Virus record (IMG/VR): IMGVR_UViG_3300005529_000001 | Location: 208,882 to 272,881 of that record | DNA: 64,000 nt | Direction: 5' to 3' (one strand) | Source of the DNA: a virus | Part shown: in pieces, positions 38,601-47,492 of the stretch | How positions within the stretch are numbered: the stretch's first letter is position 1 | Layout: the number at the start of each line of letters is the position of its first letter | Notes under the pieces: model-generated | What the model was told of the DNA's origin: nothing | The model's input: only the letters and a program-made list of their open reading frames with translations | The model's database searches: none | Translations under genes and position numbers: made by a program

Positions 38601-38844
38601 TCAGCGCTTGCGCGTTGCGGAGCCACTCTGTCACCGCAAGCGGGCCAAACTTCCGGCCATCAGTCTGACCAAACTTTCCATAGAAGTCGTTGACCAGACC
38701 AACAGTGACAGGAACGAATGCTGGGCCCTTCAAAGAAGTGCCAACAACGCCTGCTGGGGTGCCTGTCGGGGTGATCGCTAGCGGTTGAGAGAGATCGATC
38801 TCTGTCGTCGATACTCCTGGCGCGCCGAACTTGAGCTGTGACAT
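35698..38844 (-). CDS. tail sheath protein, copy 1 (1048 aa)
   Basis: N-terminus GVSTTEIDLSQP...GTSLKGPAFVPVTVG sheath-like; paralog of 38954..42142; C-terminus FVQPTKSLEYVSLDFVVTNN. Confidence 0.8.
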   Translation of the reverse strand: MSQLKFGAPGVSTTEIDLSQPLAITPTGTPAGVVGTSLKGPAFVPVTVGLVNDFYGKFGQTDGRKFGPLAVTEWLRNAQALTYVRVLGVGQGQARQGLASQPSGPNSATGGVTGAGWTVGEKEPDPNNNGQLSPNPYANPTSSTGATPVQPGRTSYLSGRTYFLGAFMSESAGSTFFSSAGIQTTSTSGSCVPIVRGMIMAASGVILTLSASFPLTGAQTNVAPPATAVATDNNGASIGDVTLFAGSIAKQDFVLFLNGLMGTNPLFPNVITASFDMTSPNYFANVLNTNPDNLQQAGHYLYSHYDIHPAQAVVTGSGLVSSSFGAGAASANVPGAEFAAFILTSSLQYDNGSSTVPDYEDFRDRFEHATSPWVVSQPFGGKPHNLFRVHALDDGFNVSRLYKISIENIALSTDPLNQYGTFDLVVRQWGDTDGAPVYLEQFRGLTLNPSDSRYIAAVIGDAHAFFDFDRGPTAQKLVVDGQYPNASNYIRIEMDTSTDLGQVDPTVLPVGLRGIHHLVTAGGCLAQPANSLISGSSSEIALNSTTWASQVIEPPVPLRQNITQGSGAKLQVNPLLYWGMQFEHVASVSTPNLSTLANQSMHAFAKFLPEFRTDAQNVRIGYENGGKPGAPTVNGAIMDADRFNFNAFSLLNIQVVTSSAGIADPTQWVNAVYVRNGNIATNNSAATRALLPSDFVQANRRFLKWTFMVQGGFDGTNLFDPDQRQLTNTAVEDDMNASNRGFNLGSTVSAYNAGLNIMSDTTNVDIMLLAVPGIRHPVVTDAALAACEQRFDCMFLMDIDQYDNNDQLVTTDTQLPSVTYTLQNFLLRSVNSSFGAAYFPDVVMPDPNTGNNVVAPPSVAVLGALALNDAVGHPWFAPAGFTRGALQTTLEARVKLSKTNMDALYDANVNPLVAFPGNASGGTNPKGGVVVWGQKTLQQAASALDRVNVRRLLIEIRRQVRDIANTILFEQNRDATLARFSAAVTPVLQKIQAQAGLQRFKVVIDSSTTTQLDIENNTIRGKIFVQPTKSLEYVSLDFVVTNNISQQG

Positions 38845-38862
38845 CTAGTGCCTCTGCGCTCT

Positions 38863-38869
38863 AAGTATC
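38863..38869 (-). promoter_or_regulatory. TAAGTAT box upstream of sheath gene 1
   Basis: Same motif family; about 19 nt from the ATG. Confidence 0.3.
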
Positions 38870-38953
38870 GGATCGTCACGTTTATGGACCCACGAAAGAA
38901 AACGGCCCGAGAAACTCAACGAGCCCCTATGTAAAGGGCCCGTTGTGAGTGAC

Positions 38954-41900
38954 TCACACGAACTGGACGCCGCTGTTCGTGATGATGAAGTCAACTGCGA
39001 TGAACTCAACCACGCGGGTCGGGACCACGACGATCCGACCGTTCATCTTGTACTGGTCAACGTCAGCTTGCGAGTTGTTGGTCGAGTTGCAGATGACCTG
39101 GAAGGCTTCGATGCCTGCCTGGGTCTGGATCAGTCCCAGTTGCAACACTGCCTGTGCAGTGAACTTGTTCTGGGTGTCGGGCGTGTTCTGCTCGAACTCC
39201 AGTTGCAGAGCGATGTTGCTGATGATGCGCTTGACCTCCAGCAACAGACGCCTAACGTTGACCCGGTCAAGAGCCGAGGGCTTGGCTTGCAGTGTCTTCT
39301 GGCCGAAGATGACGAATCCCTGTCGTGGGAACGTTGCGATCGGGTTGATGCGGCTAGAGTACAGCGTGTCCCGGTCGCTCGAGTTGAGACGCACGCCCAC
39401 GTTGACAACGAAGTCGAGCGCTGCGCGGTTGAAGCCCGCAGGAGCGAACCATGGGTAACCGATCTTGTCGTTGAAGCCCAGGGCTCCCAACGCTGCGATC
39501 GAAGCGGGCACCTTGACACGACGGTTGTTGACCACGTCCTGGATGAAGACATCCGGGAAGTAGGTTCCCATGTAGTTGTTGTCGATAGCACGGGTGTTGA
39601 GACCGACGCTGGTCTGACCCACGTCTGCACGGACCGCGCTACCGTTTGCCCCGATGGTGGTCGAGTACAATCTGTTCTGTAGCTCGTCATAGTTTACCAG
39701 GTCCATGACGTAGAAGGCCAAGCCGTAGTCACGGACATGGCTTCCCGCGTAATCCGTCAGGAAGGGCTCTCGGATGCCCGGCATCGCCAGGATGTTGTGG
39801 TTGACCTGCATCGGGTCAGTCATGATGGTGAGGGCCGTGACGTACGAGGAGACGTTGGAGTTGCTCTGGCCCGTTCCGTTCATGTTGGCAGCAAACCCAG
39901 GCGGGATGAAGCCCGGGAACGCACCGCCAGTATCACCCAACAGGTTCGAATCGAACGACGTTGACTTGTCGTTCATGCGGCTAGCGTCAGGATCCAAGAA
40001 GTTGACACCGTCCCAGCCGCCGGCCAAGAAGGTCGAGAACTTCAGGTAAGGAGCAAAGCGGTTGAACTGCTGTGCTGTTCCCTTGGCGAGCAAGGTTGCC
40101 AGGGTGACACGCCGGCTTGCCGTCTTCTGGTTGTTGAGCTCGACCGGATCGATGTAAACGTACGTCGCGCCATCCAGCACGCCGTTTCTGATGTAAGCTG
40201 CTTCACGCATGTGACCGTCGATCGACGCCGTCAAGCCGCTGAGGCTCGTCCCATCAAAGACGTCGGTGAAGTCGTTCGAAAGAGCAACCTTGGCCAGCGT
40301 GAACTTGTTGTCACAGAACTGGTCTGCGCCTGCCCCGGTGACGAACGTGTCCAAGCCAGAGCAACCCAGGAACTGGGTGTAAGAGCTGATGCAGTTGTTT
40401 GCCACCGTCTCAACGTTCGGGTTGAGTGGGATGTCGAGACGCTCGAACTGGACGCCCCAGTACAACGGCGGGTAAGAGATCTCGGTGGGAGCGGGGTTGC
40501 CGAACCAGGACGTTGACGTCGGGCGGTTTCCCTTGGTCACCTTGGTGCGGAACGGAACTGGGGGCAAGACCGAACCAGTCAACGCGTTTGCGCTGCCCGA
40601 GGTCACGCCATACAGACGAGTGAAAGCTGCCTGGAGAGCGTTGCTTGCACCTGCCGACAGGACGCCGTTTGACGCACCATCAGTCAAGCTATCGTTGGTC
40701 TTCAACAGTGCCGCGCCGCGGAAACCGAAGGGCAAGCACTGCGGCGGCACTCGAGCCTGGTCAACTGCGTCAGTTGGGATGACGCGGATGTAAGCAGACT
40801 GGTTCTGGTACTTGCCACGTGACACGACACGTTGCTCGGTGCTGATCGTTGCATCAAAGTTGTAGTAGACCTTGCGATCGCCGATCACGTTAGCGATGTA
40901 GTTTGCAGCCGTCGGGTCAAGGCTCAGGTTGTTGAACTGCTCCAGGACGTTCGGGTTGATGTCGGTGTCATCCCAGCTGCGGACCTGCAACGCAAAGGTT
41001 CCGTACTTGTAGCTGTCAACGGTCGATGCTTGCAGGTTGACGATGCTGATCTTGAAGAGGTTGTTGGCGTACTGGCCGTCATCGAGCGCTTCGACACGGA
41101 ACAGGTCGTACTCCACCTTGCCAAAGGGCTGGCTGATGAACTTCGTCGTCGTTGGGGTCTGGTAACGGGCGTCAAACGCTCCGTACGAGGCCCGGTACGT
41201 CGTGTTGTCGTTATAGGGGGCACCCGTGAACGAGAGGTCCGCGTTGTTCTGGCTGCTGTTTGTCGAGCCGATCAGGACACCCGCGATGTTTGCCGTAGCG
41301 ATCTGATCATCAACGGCGAAATCAGCGTAAAGAACGTGTTGCGATGCAACGAGGCTGTCCGGGTTGCTGTTCAGCAGCTTGGCAAAGTAGTTCTTGTCAT
41401 CGGGATCGAAAGATGCAGTCAGGATCTTGCAACCCGGGTTGCCATCATCGTTTGCAAACGAAGTGCCCAACGTTGAGCTGATGATCAGCTTGAAGAAGCC
41501 GCTTGGGCTGGTTGGCGATGTCCCCTGCATGACACCGAAGTCCTGCAGTGAGTCGATCTTGCCTTTGACCGAGAAGTCGTTGTTTCCGTCTGCGACGCAC
41601 AGGCGAGCGCCCGAGGCCATCAGGACCATGCCCCTGATCAGGTGCGCGGTGCCACCCGAGAAGCTGTCGTTGTCGGTGAAGATCGCGGGACCCAGGATCT
41701 CGTTGCCCTGGACCAGGTGTTGGGCGACCAAGAACTGCACTGCGCCCGTGAAACGGCTGCCTGAGACGTCAGAGATTGAGACTGCTGTCCCGTTCAGGTG
41801 GAACCCGGCGTTGACAGTGCGACCCGTTGCCGTGGTTCGTGAGATGTCAGTGCCCGTTGCATTGGCACCCGCGCCCAAGACCCTAAGGTAAGTCAGGGCT

Positions 41901-42142
41901 TGGCGGTTTGCCAAGAAGTAGTAGGCGGCGTAAGGGCCGAAGCGGTTGGGGTCCAGGGTGCCGAAGACGGCATTGAACTGGTCGAAGTTGCCGACAGTGA
42001 CAGGCACGAAGGCCGGGCCACGGTTCGACGTCCCGATCACACCGGCGGGGACTCCGACCGGCCCCTGTGGGGCGGGAGCGGAGAGATCGATCTCTCGCTG
42101 GTAGAAATTGGGGGACAGAAAAGTCTGCAGCTGCTGCGGCAT
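38954..42142 (-). CDS. tail sheath protein, copy 2 (1062 aa)
   Basis: N-terminus REIDLSAPAPQGPVGVPAGVIGTSNRGPAFVPVTVG; C-terminus RIVVVPTRVVEFIAVDFIITNSG; SD AGGAG. Confidence 0.8.
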   Translation of the reverse strand: MPQQLQTFLSPNFYQREIDLSAPAPQGPVGVPAGVIGTSNRGPAFVPVTVGNFDQFNAVFGTLDPNRFGPYAAYYFLANRQALTYLRVLGAGANATGTDISRTTATGRTVNAGFHLNGTAVSISDVSGSRFTGAVQFLVAQHLVQGNEILGPAIFTDNDSFSGGTAHLIRGMVLMASGARLCVADGNNDFSVKGKIDSLQDFGVMQGTSPTSPSGFFKLIISSTLGTSFANDDGNPGCKILTASFDPDDKNYFAKLLNSNPDSLVASQHVLYADFAVDDQIATANIAGVLIGSTNSSQNNADLSFTGAPYNDNTTYRASYGAFDARYQTPTTTKFISQPFGKVEYDLFRVEALDDGQYANNLFKISIVNLQASTVDSYKYGTFALQVRSWDDTDINPNVLEQFNNLSLDPTAANYIANVIGDRKVYYNFDATISTEQRVVSRGKYQNQSAYIRVIPTDAVDQARVPPQCLPFGFRGAALLKTNDSLTDGASNGVLSAGASNALQAAFTRLYGVTSGSANALTGSVLPPVPFRTKVTKGNRPTSTSWFGNPAPTEISYPPLYWGVQFERLDIPLNPNVETVANNCISSYTQFLGCSGLDTFVTGAGADQFCDNKFTLAKVALSNDFTDVFDGTSLSGLTASIDGHMREAAYIRNGVLDGATYVYIDPVELNNQKTASRRVTLATLLAKGTAQQFNRFAPYLKFSTFLAGGWDGVNFLDPDASRMNDKSTSFDSNLLGDTGGAFPGFIPPGFAANMNGTGQSNSNVSSYVTALTIMTDPMQVNHNILAMPGIREPFLTDYAGSHVRDYGLAFYVMDLVNYDELQNRLYSTTIGANGSAVRADVGQTSVGLNTRAIDNNYMGTYFPDVFIQDVVNNRRVKVPASIAALGALGFNDKIGYPWFAPAGFNRAALDFVVNVGVRLNSSDRDTLYSSRINPIATFPRQGFVIFGQKTLQAKPSALDRVNVRRLLLEVKRIISNIALQLEFEQNTPDTQNKFTAQAVLQLGLIQTQAGIEAFQVICNSTNNSQADVDQYKMNGRIVVVPTRVVEFIAVDFIITNSGVQFV

Positions 42143-42177
42143 TACCGTGCTCCTATAGCGCGCTGTGAATCGCTATA

Positions 42178-42186
42178 GTAAGTACC
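42178..42186 (-). promoter_or_regulatory. TAAGTAC box upstream of sheath gene 2, inside CTATAGCG...CGCTATAG inverted repeat
   Basis: Same motif family. Confidence 0.25.
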
Positions 42187-42214
42187 ACCCGCACGGGTGA
42201 AAGACCACTAACGG

Positions 42215-43645
42215 TCAGTCTTCAACGGTGACGATGGTCAAGCCGCCAAGCGTAGCATCTGCGGGCGATAGCACCGTTTCGCCAGTGAACTTGTTGATGC
42301 TCTTGACACGAAACAGCTTCGTCACCAGGTTCCCGTTCTTGTCATAACCCGTGACTTTCTTGAAACGTCCCGGACGGGTGCCTCGCGGCAGGACTCCGAC
42401 TGCTGGATCGTCAGGGTTGACAGAAACGTCTTCGTTTGGGTACAAACGGGTCCCGCGAGTGTTCCTCTGGTCACGCTGTCGGTTAGCCCAGTTTGGTTGC
42501 TGGTCAGAATCGCTTCCCAAGGGAAGTGTCGGGTCATCTGCACCCAAGAACGGGTTGATGGATGAGTCACCCTCGTCAAGCTCAGCCGTGTTCGTACCGA
42601 TCGAAAACTCGATCGTTGGAGAAGACAGGTAGCGTTTCAACGGGACGGGAGCACCGGGAACGCCTGTCGCCAAGATGTACCCAGGCACCTTAACAACGAA
42701 TTTGTACTTTATCAGCCGTTCGACTTGCGAGTAATCATCTGCGTTGTTATCAGCTGTATAAGTGTTGGCATCAACGTTGGCCAAGAACCAGTAACCCTTC
42801 GGGGTGTTCAGCTGCCATTGGTTTCCCTGTGGGAGGAACGATGCAATCAGCATCTCGATCAGCTGGTTCATGTGCTTGGTGTACTGCGTCCAAAACGTGA
42901 CGTCGTATTGCGCGGTGAAAAACTGCGGTGCTGGCACCACGACTGTCTCCCAGACATTGTTCGCGCGGTTGGGGATCAGCAACCCTCCCTGTTGGATAGC
43001 GGGATCCTGTTCCAGATTGCCAACTGAACGTAACGTTGTCAGCTGTGGTGTGAAGTTCTGCACATCAGTCTCTTCACCGAATGGTGCGTCAGCTCCGAAC
43101 AGGTCATCACCAAACTCACCCGGTACGATGGTGCTAACGCTTGATGGGTACGCGTTCTGTGGGTTCACCGCCAGGTTCTGTTGGTTCGGAACGAGCAGAC
43201 GGTTGACAAGCTGCTGGTAATCACGGTCAGTGCGGTCAAGCTTACGACGGATGACGATCTCTCCCGTCTGTTGGTTGATGCCCCGACCCGTGATGTCTTC
43301 GTTCGGAGTCTGGAAGATATTGGTCCTGATGATCGTGATTATGGGCAAGATCAGGGCGCCGTTCCTGTCTTTCAGGCCTCTCTGTCGTTTGTTGAGAGCC
43401 CACTTCTCACCAGCGGTCATCAACACGGGCACTTTGCGAAGACCGTCTGGATCATCAGCGCCGCCCACGACAGTGAACGGAATCTCCTTGTCAAACAAGT
43501 TGAACAACGCTCGGTCCACGTCGTCAATGCCAACGGGTGGGATGACCAAGTCACGTGACGTAGACTTCCCCTGGTATCCCGACTGTAGTGGCGGGATACC
43601 GAGGCGAACCTGAGAAGAGCTCTGCGAATTAAAGCGAGTGGGCAT
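42215..43645 (-). CDS. hypothetical neck/tail-completion candidate (476 aa)
   Basis: ORF upstream of the sheath genes. Confidence 0.5.
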   Translation of the reverse strand: MPTRFNSQSSSQVRLGIPPLQSGYQGKSTSRDLVIPPVGIDDVDRALFNLFDKEIPFTVVGGADDPDGLRKVPVLMTAGEKWALNKRQRGLKDRNGALILPIITIIRTNIFQTPNEDITGRGINQQTGEIVIRRKLDRTDRDYQQLVNRLLVPNQQNLAVNPQNAYPSSVSTIVPGEFGDDLFGADAPFGEETDVQNFTPQLTTLRSVGNLEQDPAIQQGGLLIPNRANNVWETVVVPAPQFFTAQYDVTFWTQYTKHMNQLIEMLIASFLPQGNQWQLNTPKGYWFLANVDANTYTADNNADDYSQVERLIKYKFVVKVPGYILATGVPGAPVPLKRYLSSPTIEFSIGTNTAELDEGDSSINPFLGADDPTLPLGSDSDQQPNWANRQRDQRNTRGTRLYPNEDVSVNPDDPAVGVLPRGTRPGRFKKVTGYDKNGNLVTKLFRVKSINKFTGETVLSPADATLGGLTIVTVED

Positions 43646-44328
43646 CAGCTATTCTCCGGGTCTTCATCATCATAGAATGCGCTGTCACCTGAAAACTCTC
43701 CGCCCTTCTTTGACACTTCCTTGGCACCCGTGATGGGCTTGTCAAGGACATCGGGCGTCTGCAAGTCTCGAACGTCACCAGTGACGCCTTCCTTGTTGTG
43801 AGCTTGCCCTCGTTGTTGGTAAAACTCTCTCTGTACCGCGTCTTTGTCAGGACGGCTGACGTCTGTCGGGCCGATCGTGAGAGCCTTGAATTGCGTTTCA
43901 CGGGCCTTGGTTCCGATCAACTTGACACCGTCCTTGTGTTCGGGCATGCCGTAGATGTTTCGCATGAACAGCTTCTCAGTGACTTCGTAAAAAACATCTG
44001 AGAAAGAAAAGAAGTCTCCGATGGATGGGCTGATCCCCTTGTCAACCAGGTCACGCCACTGGATGTATACCTCAACCTTGAACTGAGCGTCTACGCCAAA
44101 AGCGGTGATCTTGGTGTCAGCTTGGAAGTGAGTGTCTACCAAGCAATCCAACGCAATAGGAGCGTCAAAGACCTTTTGTACTGCTTCGTTGTAGACAGTG
44201 TCAGTCTTCGTCTTGTCTTCGTTGATGGCATAGTAGTAGACTTTCTGGCCCACCACGTCCTTGATGAGTTCCTTCGTGATGTCCGAGATGAAGTTGAACT
44301 CACGTTGTGTCAGGTACAAGCGTCCCAT
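43645..44328 (-). CDS. hypothetical structural-module protein (227 aa)
   Basis: ORF, ATGA-coupled. Confidence 0.5.
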   Translation of the reverse strand: MGRLYLTQREFNFISDITKELIKDVVGQKVYYYAINEDKTKTDTVYNEAVQKVFDAPIALDCLVDTHFQADTKITAFGVDAQFKVEVYIQWRDLVDKGISPSIGDFFSFSDVFYEVTEKLFMRNIYGMPEHKDGVKLIGTKARETQFKALTIGPTDVSRPDKDAVQREFYQQRGQAHNKEGVTGDVRDLQTPDVLDKPITGAKEVSKKGGEFSGDSAFYDDEDPENS

Positions 44329-44336
44329 GTGTCACC

Positions 44337-45569
44337 TCATCCAAAGATGATCGCCTTGCCACCCGGGACAGCGGTGTACTTGAGCATCTTCTGCATCTGT
44401 TCACCGATGTTTGCTTGTGACTCAAGGAGCTTCTCATACGTCAGCTTTTCAAGGAACTCTTTCAAGTTCGTCATCAGCTTCTCTTTGTCCTCACGGCCCT
44501 GGGTGATCAGCGCTTCACCGTTAAGCTGGAGGTCTGCGTTCGGGATCGGGATGACCTGGAACTTGCTGCGGTTGATGCCCAACAGCTCACGGCACAACGC
44601 CAGTGCATACTGCCGGATCCATTGCCTTCCAGGCGTGGTGATGGTGCTGTAGGGCAGGATGCTGAAGGGAACGTTCTCGGGACCGCTGACGCCGTATGCG
44701 CTAGCGTCCTCAAAGTCAGGTTGCATCACTGACTTGGGGGTGAAGACCCTGACATAGAGGTTGCCCATGCCAAACGGGCCCAACCCATCGCTACCAAAGG
44801 ATTGGGGCTGTGGGAAGATCCGGATCTTGGTGCCGATGACCTGGTAGCTGTAGTTGCTGCGCCTGACGCGGAACGCTTCCTTCAACATGCCACGACGGAC
44901 GACGTCCTCAAAGACGGGCAACACGTAGAACACAGTGCTGTTGACATATGACTCGTAGTTGAAGTTCGTGGCAAGAAAGTTGGTGATGTTTGAAGCGTTC
45001 AGCAAGAAAGTCTGCGCTGCTAACGGTTCGAAATGGAAGACTTCCATCACGCGCAGCTTTCCCTTCAAGCCAGCAGGAAGGTTATCAACGACCAGTCCCA
45101 TGTCAGGGCTTGTCATGCCGACAGTTGTCGGATCGTAGTTGATGGTCTGGTGCAGTTCCGTGTAGATGTCGTAGTCTTGCTTGCCGGGAATCAGGTTGAA
45201 GAATCCCAACGTGTAGTTGTAGTTTCCACCCACGTATGAAGCTTGCGCATAAGCATCAGCCAACCTGAACAAGAAGTCGAGGTTCTGCTGCAGGTACCTG
45301 TTGGTCAGGTCCGTTGACCCAGTGGGCTGACCGAGAACGTTCGCCAGTTGGCTAACGATCTTCAGTTCTTGGATCAGGCGGCCATACTCAAGGCACGATT
45401 GCTCGAGACACGACCAGATTTCCTTCTTGGTCAGCTCGACGCTGAGGACATCATCTCCCAACATCCGCTTAGCAAACGTGACCATCGCATCAGCTTCAAC
45501 CTGGAAAGCTGCATCTGTGTCAAAGAAGCCAAACGGGGTGGGGTTGACGGTCTGGTTAAAGTTCGGCAC
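44337..45569 (-). CDS. hypothetical structural-module protein (410 aa)
   Basis: ORF; GTG start. Confidence 0.5.
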   Translation of the reverse strand: MPNFNQTVNPTPFGFFDTDAAFQVEADAMVTFAKRMLGDDVLSVELTKKEIWSCLEQSCLEYGRLIQELKIVSQLANVLGQPTGSTDLTNRYLQQNLDFLFRLADAYAQASYVGGNYNYTLGFFNLIPGKQDYDIYTELHQTINYDPTTVGMTSPDMGLVVDNLPAGLKGKLRVMEVFHFEPLAAQTFLLNASNITNFLATNFNYESYVNSTVFYVLPVFEDVVRRGMLKEAFRVRRSNYSYQVIGTKIRIFPQPQSFGSDGLGPFGMGNLYVRVFTPKSVMQPDFEDASAYGVSGPENVPFSILPYSTITTPGRQWIRQYALALCRELLGINRSKFQVIPIPNADLQLNGEALITQGREDKEKLMTNLKEFLEKLTYEKLLESQANIGEQMQKMLKYTAVPGGKAIIFG

Positions 45570-45646
45570 GAGCTTAACTATGGCGCTGTGAGAGCCCCGA
45601 TCTAGGCTCTAAGCTCCCCAGCGATCACCAGAACGGATAACCGAGA

Positions 45647-46189
45647 CTAGCCCACGAACCGGAACACGTCAAATGTCCCGTAGTTAAGCTGGAAGTTCGC
45701 GCCCGCGTTGTTGCATTTGACCCTGAGATCATGGATAACAGGAACATCGCTGGGACCGTGAAAATCGAGATCGGAAATGGTCACTGAGTCAGGGAAGGGC
45801 TGACCGTTTGCGATCGTCGTTTGGAGCGTGTTTCCTTGTTGCCCGTTGAGAAACAACGCAAAAGTGTAAATTCCCGCCGACCCAGAAAAGCTCAGGGCAA
45901 TGCTGTGAAAATACGTTCCCGGCAAGCTTGCGGTGATGCCGTTGTTGGCCGCAACACACCCTGGTGAGTTTAAAGAAGACGTCAACCACTGCGTCACTTG
46001 GGTCCAAGTGTTGGGAGCTCCCAAGTTCTGCCCGCTCTGGCCGTTGTTTTGAGTCGTCAGCTCGGCAAACGCGCCCACGGAAGAGGTGATCTGTCCGGCG
46101 GACGTCAACGTTCCCACGCTGACAGAACCTGCCACAGTAAGGTTTGAGCTTCCATCATCAACCAAACCCTGTGAGTTTATGTACGCCAT
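45647..46189 (-). CDS. small beta-rich virion protein (180 aa); paralog of 58275..58736
   Basis: N-terminus MAYINSQGLVDDGSSNLTVAGSVSVG vs MATIDSRGFVDDGSGNLSVAGQVTVVG. Confidence 0.5.
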   Translation of the reverse strand: MAYINSQGLVDDGSSNLTVAGSVSVGTLTSAGQITSSVGAFAELTTQNNGQSGQNLGAPNTWTQVTQWLTSSLNSPGCVAANNGITASLPGTYFHSIALSFSGSAGIYTFALFLNGQQGNTLQTTIANGQPFPDSVTISDLDFHGPSDVPVIHDLRVKCNNAGANFQLNYGTFDVFRFVG

Positions 46190-46213
46190 GGCATTTCCGA
46201 CATTAAATATGTC

Positions 46214-46729
46214 ATGGCCACGTCGTTAGTCTTCACCACTTCATCTCACTGGCTATCACGAGTCATCAGGATGGTGACAGAGAGCGAAGTCTCACATGTG
46301 GCGATAGGAACAGAGATCTTTGGCGAACCAGTCCTGATCCATTCTGCACTCGACGGTGACACGGGACGCAGCGGCGTCCAGATCACGCCCAGGAACAAGT
46401 GGCTCAGAGACAACTACGTTGTTGCTGAGTACGACATCGTCCCAGACGTCTCAGAGAACATGGGTTCCCTGATCAAGCTCCTCTGTGAACGTTATGACAA
46501 AATGGGCCTTGTGGGTCACTTGATCGTGATTGCTGCCAAGTACTTGGGCAAGAAGATCATGAACCCGTTGTCACGACCAAACTACTGGGTCTGTTCACGA
46601 TACGTGCTGAAGCTCGACCCATCGGGCCAGACCATCCCAGAGTGGGCTGGGTTGGACCCAGAAAAAACCACTCCGCATGACCTGTTGATGCTGTGTCGGA
46701 CAGGCGCTAGTTTTCGTGAACTGACCTAG
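46214..46729 (+). CDS. permuted papain-fold (YiiX/C92-like, His-then-Cys) hydrolase candidate
   Basis: Only plus-strand gene in the window; SHVAIG ... WVCSRYV order suggests a circularly permuted NlpC/P60-like fold (tentative). Confidence 0.5.
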   Translation: MATSLVFTTSSHWLSRVIRMVTESEVSHVAIGTEIFGEPVLIHSALDGDTGRSGVQITPRNKWLRDNYVVAEYDIVPDVSENMGSLIKLLCERYDKMGLVGHLIVIAAKYLGKKIMNPLSRPNYWVCSRYVLKLDPSGQTIPEWAGLDPEKTTPHDLLMLCRTGASFRELT

Positions 46730-46736
46730 GATTGGG

Positions 46737-47492
46737 TCACGGAGCGCCAATTCCATACAGCGACAGGAAGTAAGCGCTCATCTGGGACACCTCGGCCGCG
46801 TTCAGGGGCCGGTTGAAGGCGCCCTGTTCAGCGATGTTGCCGTTGAAGAAGTTGCTGCTGTTGGTGTTGAGGCCGATGTTGACGCCAGCAGACGTTGCGA
46901 CCTGGTTCGTGGTCGGGCTAGCCAGCGCCTGGGGTTGGCCGTTGACCCACAGCCTGGTCGTCGTCCCATCGTTGGTCGCGATCCACGCCTCCCAGTTGGT
47001 GGTGTTGGTGCCGTCAGTGTGGTCGATCACGCCGATGGCCGACACGTCGCGGCTGGTGCCGTTGTTGGCGAGGGCGATGCCGTTGGTCGCTGCACCGCCG
47101 AAGCTGATGACGGCTTGGTTTGTTATCGATGCGAACTGGTGGATTGAGAAGATCGTCCAGTTCGTCGACGTGATGACCTGCGCAGAGTTCGTGAGACACT
47201 GCGTGTTGGCTGCCAGCAGGGTGAGGCAGGGCTTCCTGAGGTTGGGGTCGGGGGCGACCCACACCGGCCGCTTGCTGGCCGTCGCCTGGCTGACGCCGTT
47301 GCCGTTGCCCGACAGGTCGCCCCACGACGTGACCAGGCCGCTGGCATCGAAGTTGAGGCCCTGGTCTGCCCTGAGCCACAGCACGCAACCCCCGAGCTGG
47401 GTTGGCTGGAACAGCATCTGTCTCCCGACGACTGGCATCTTCAGCTCCACGCTCCTGGGTTGTACTTCGATGACAGGTACTGGAAGACCCAC
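46737..47492 (-). CDS. LamG/jellyroll-like fiber protein, paralog 1
   Basis: Shared core C.LWLRADQGV...W.D.SGNGN ... Y..S.Y with the next three genes. Confidence 0.55.
   Translation of the reverse strand: MGLPVPVIEVQPRSVELKMPVVGRQMLFQPTQLGGCVLWLRADQGLNFDASGLVTSWGDLSGNGNGVSQATASKRPVWVAPDPNLRKPCLTLLAANTQCLTNSAQVITSTNWTIFSIHQFASITNQAVISFGGAATNGIALANNGTSRDVSAIGVIDHTDGTNTTNWEAWIATNDGTTTRLWVNGQPQALASPTTNQVATSAGVNIGLNTNSSNFFNGNIAEQGAFNRPLNAAEVSQMSAYFLSLYGIGAP

Noticed and set aside
38845-38953. GC-rich imperfect hairpin (GGGCCC...GGGCCG) followed by TTTTCTTTCG between the two sheath genes; considered as a terminator.
   Set aside because: The stem is imperfect and the loop is about 25 nt. Only the cleaner hairpin after the MCP gene (58810..58827) was reported.
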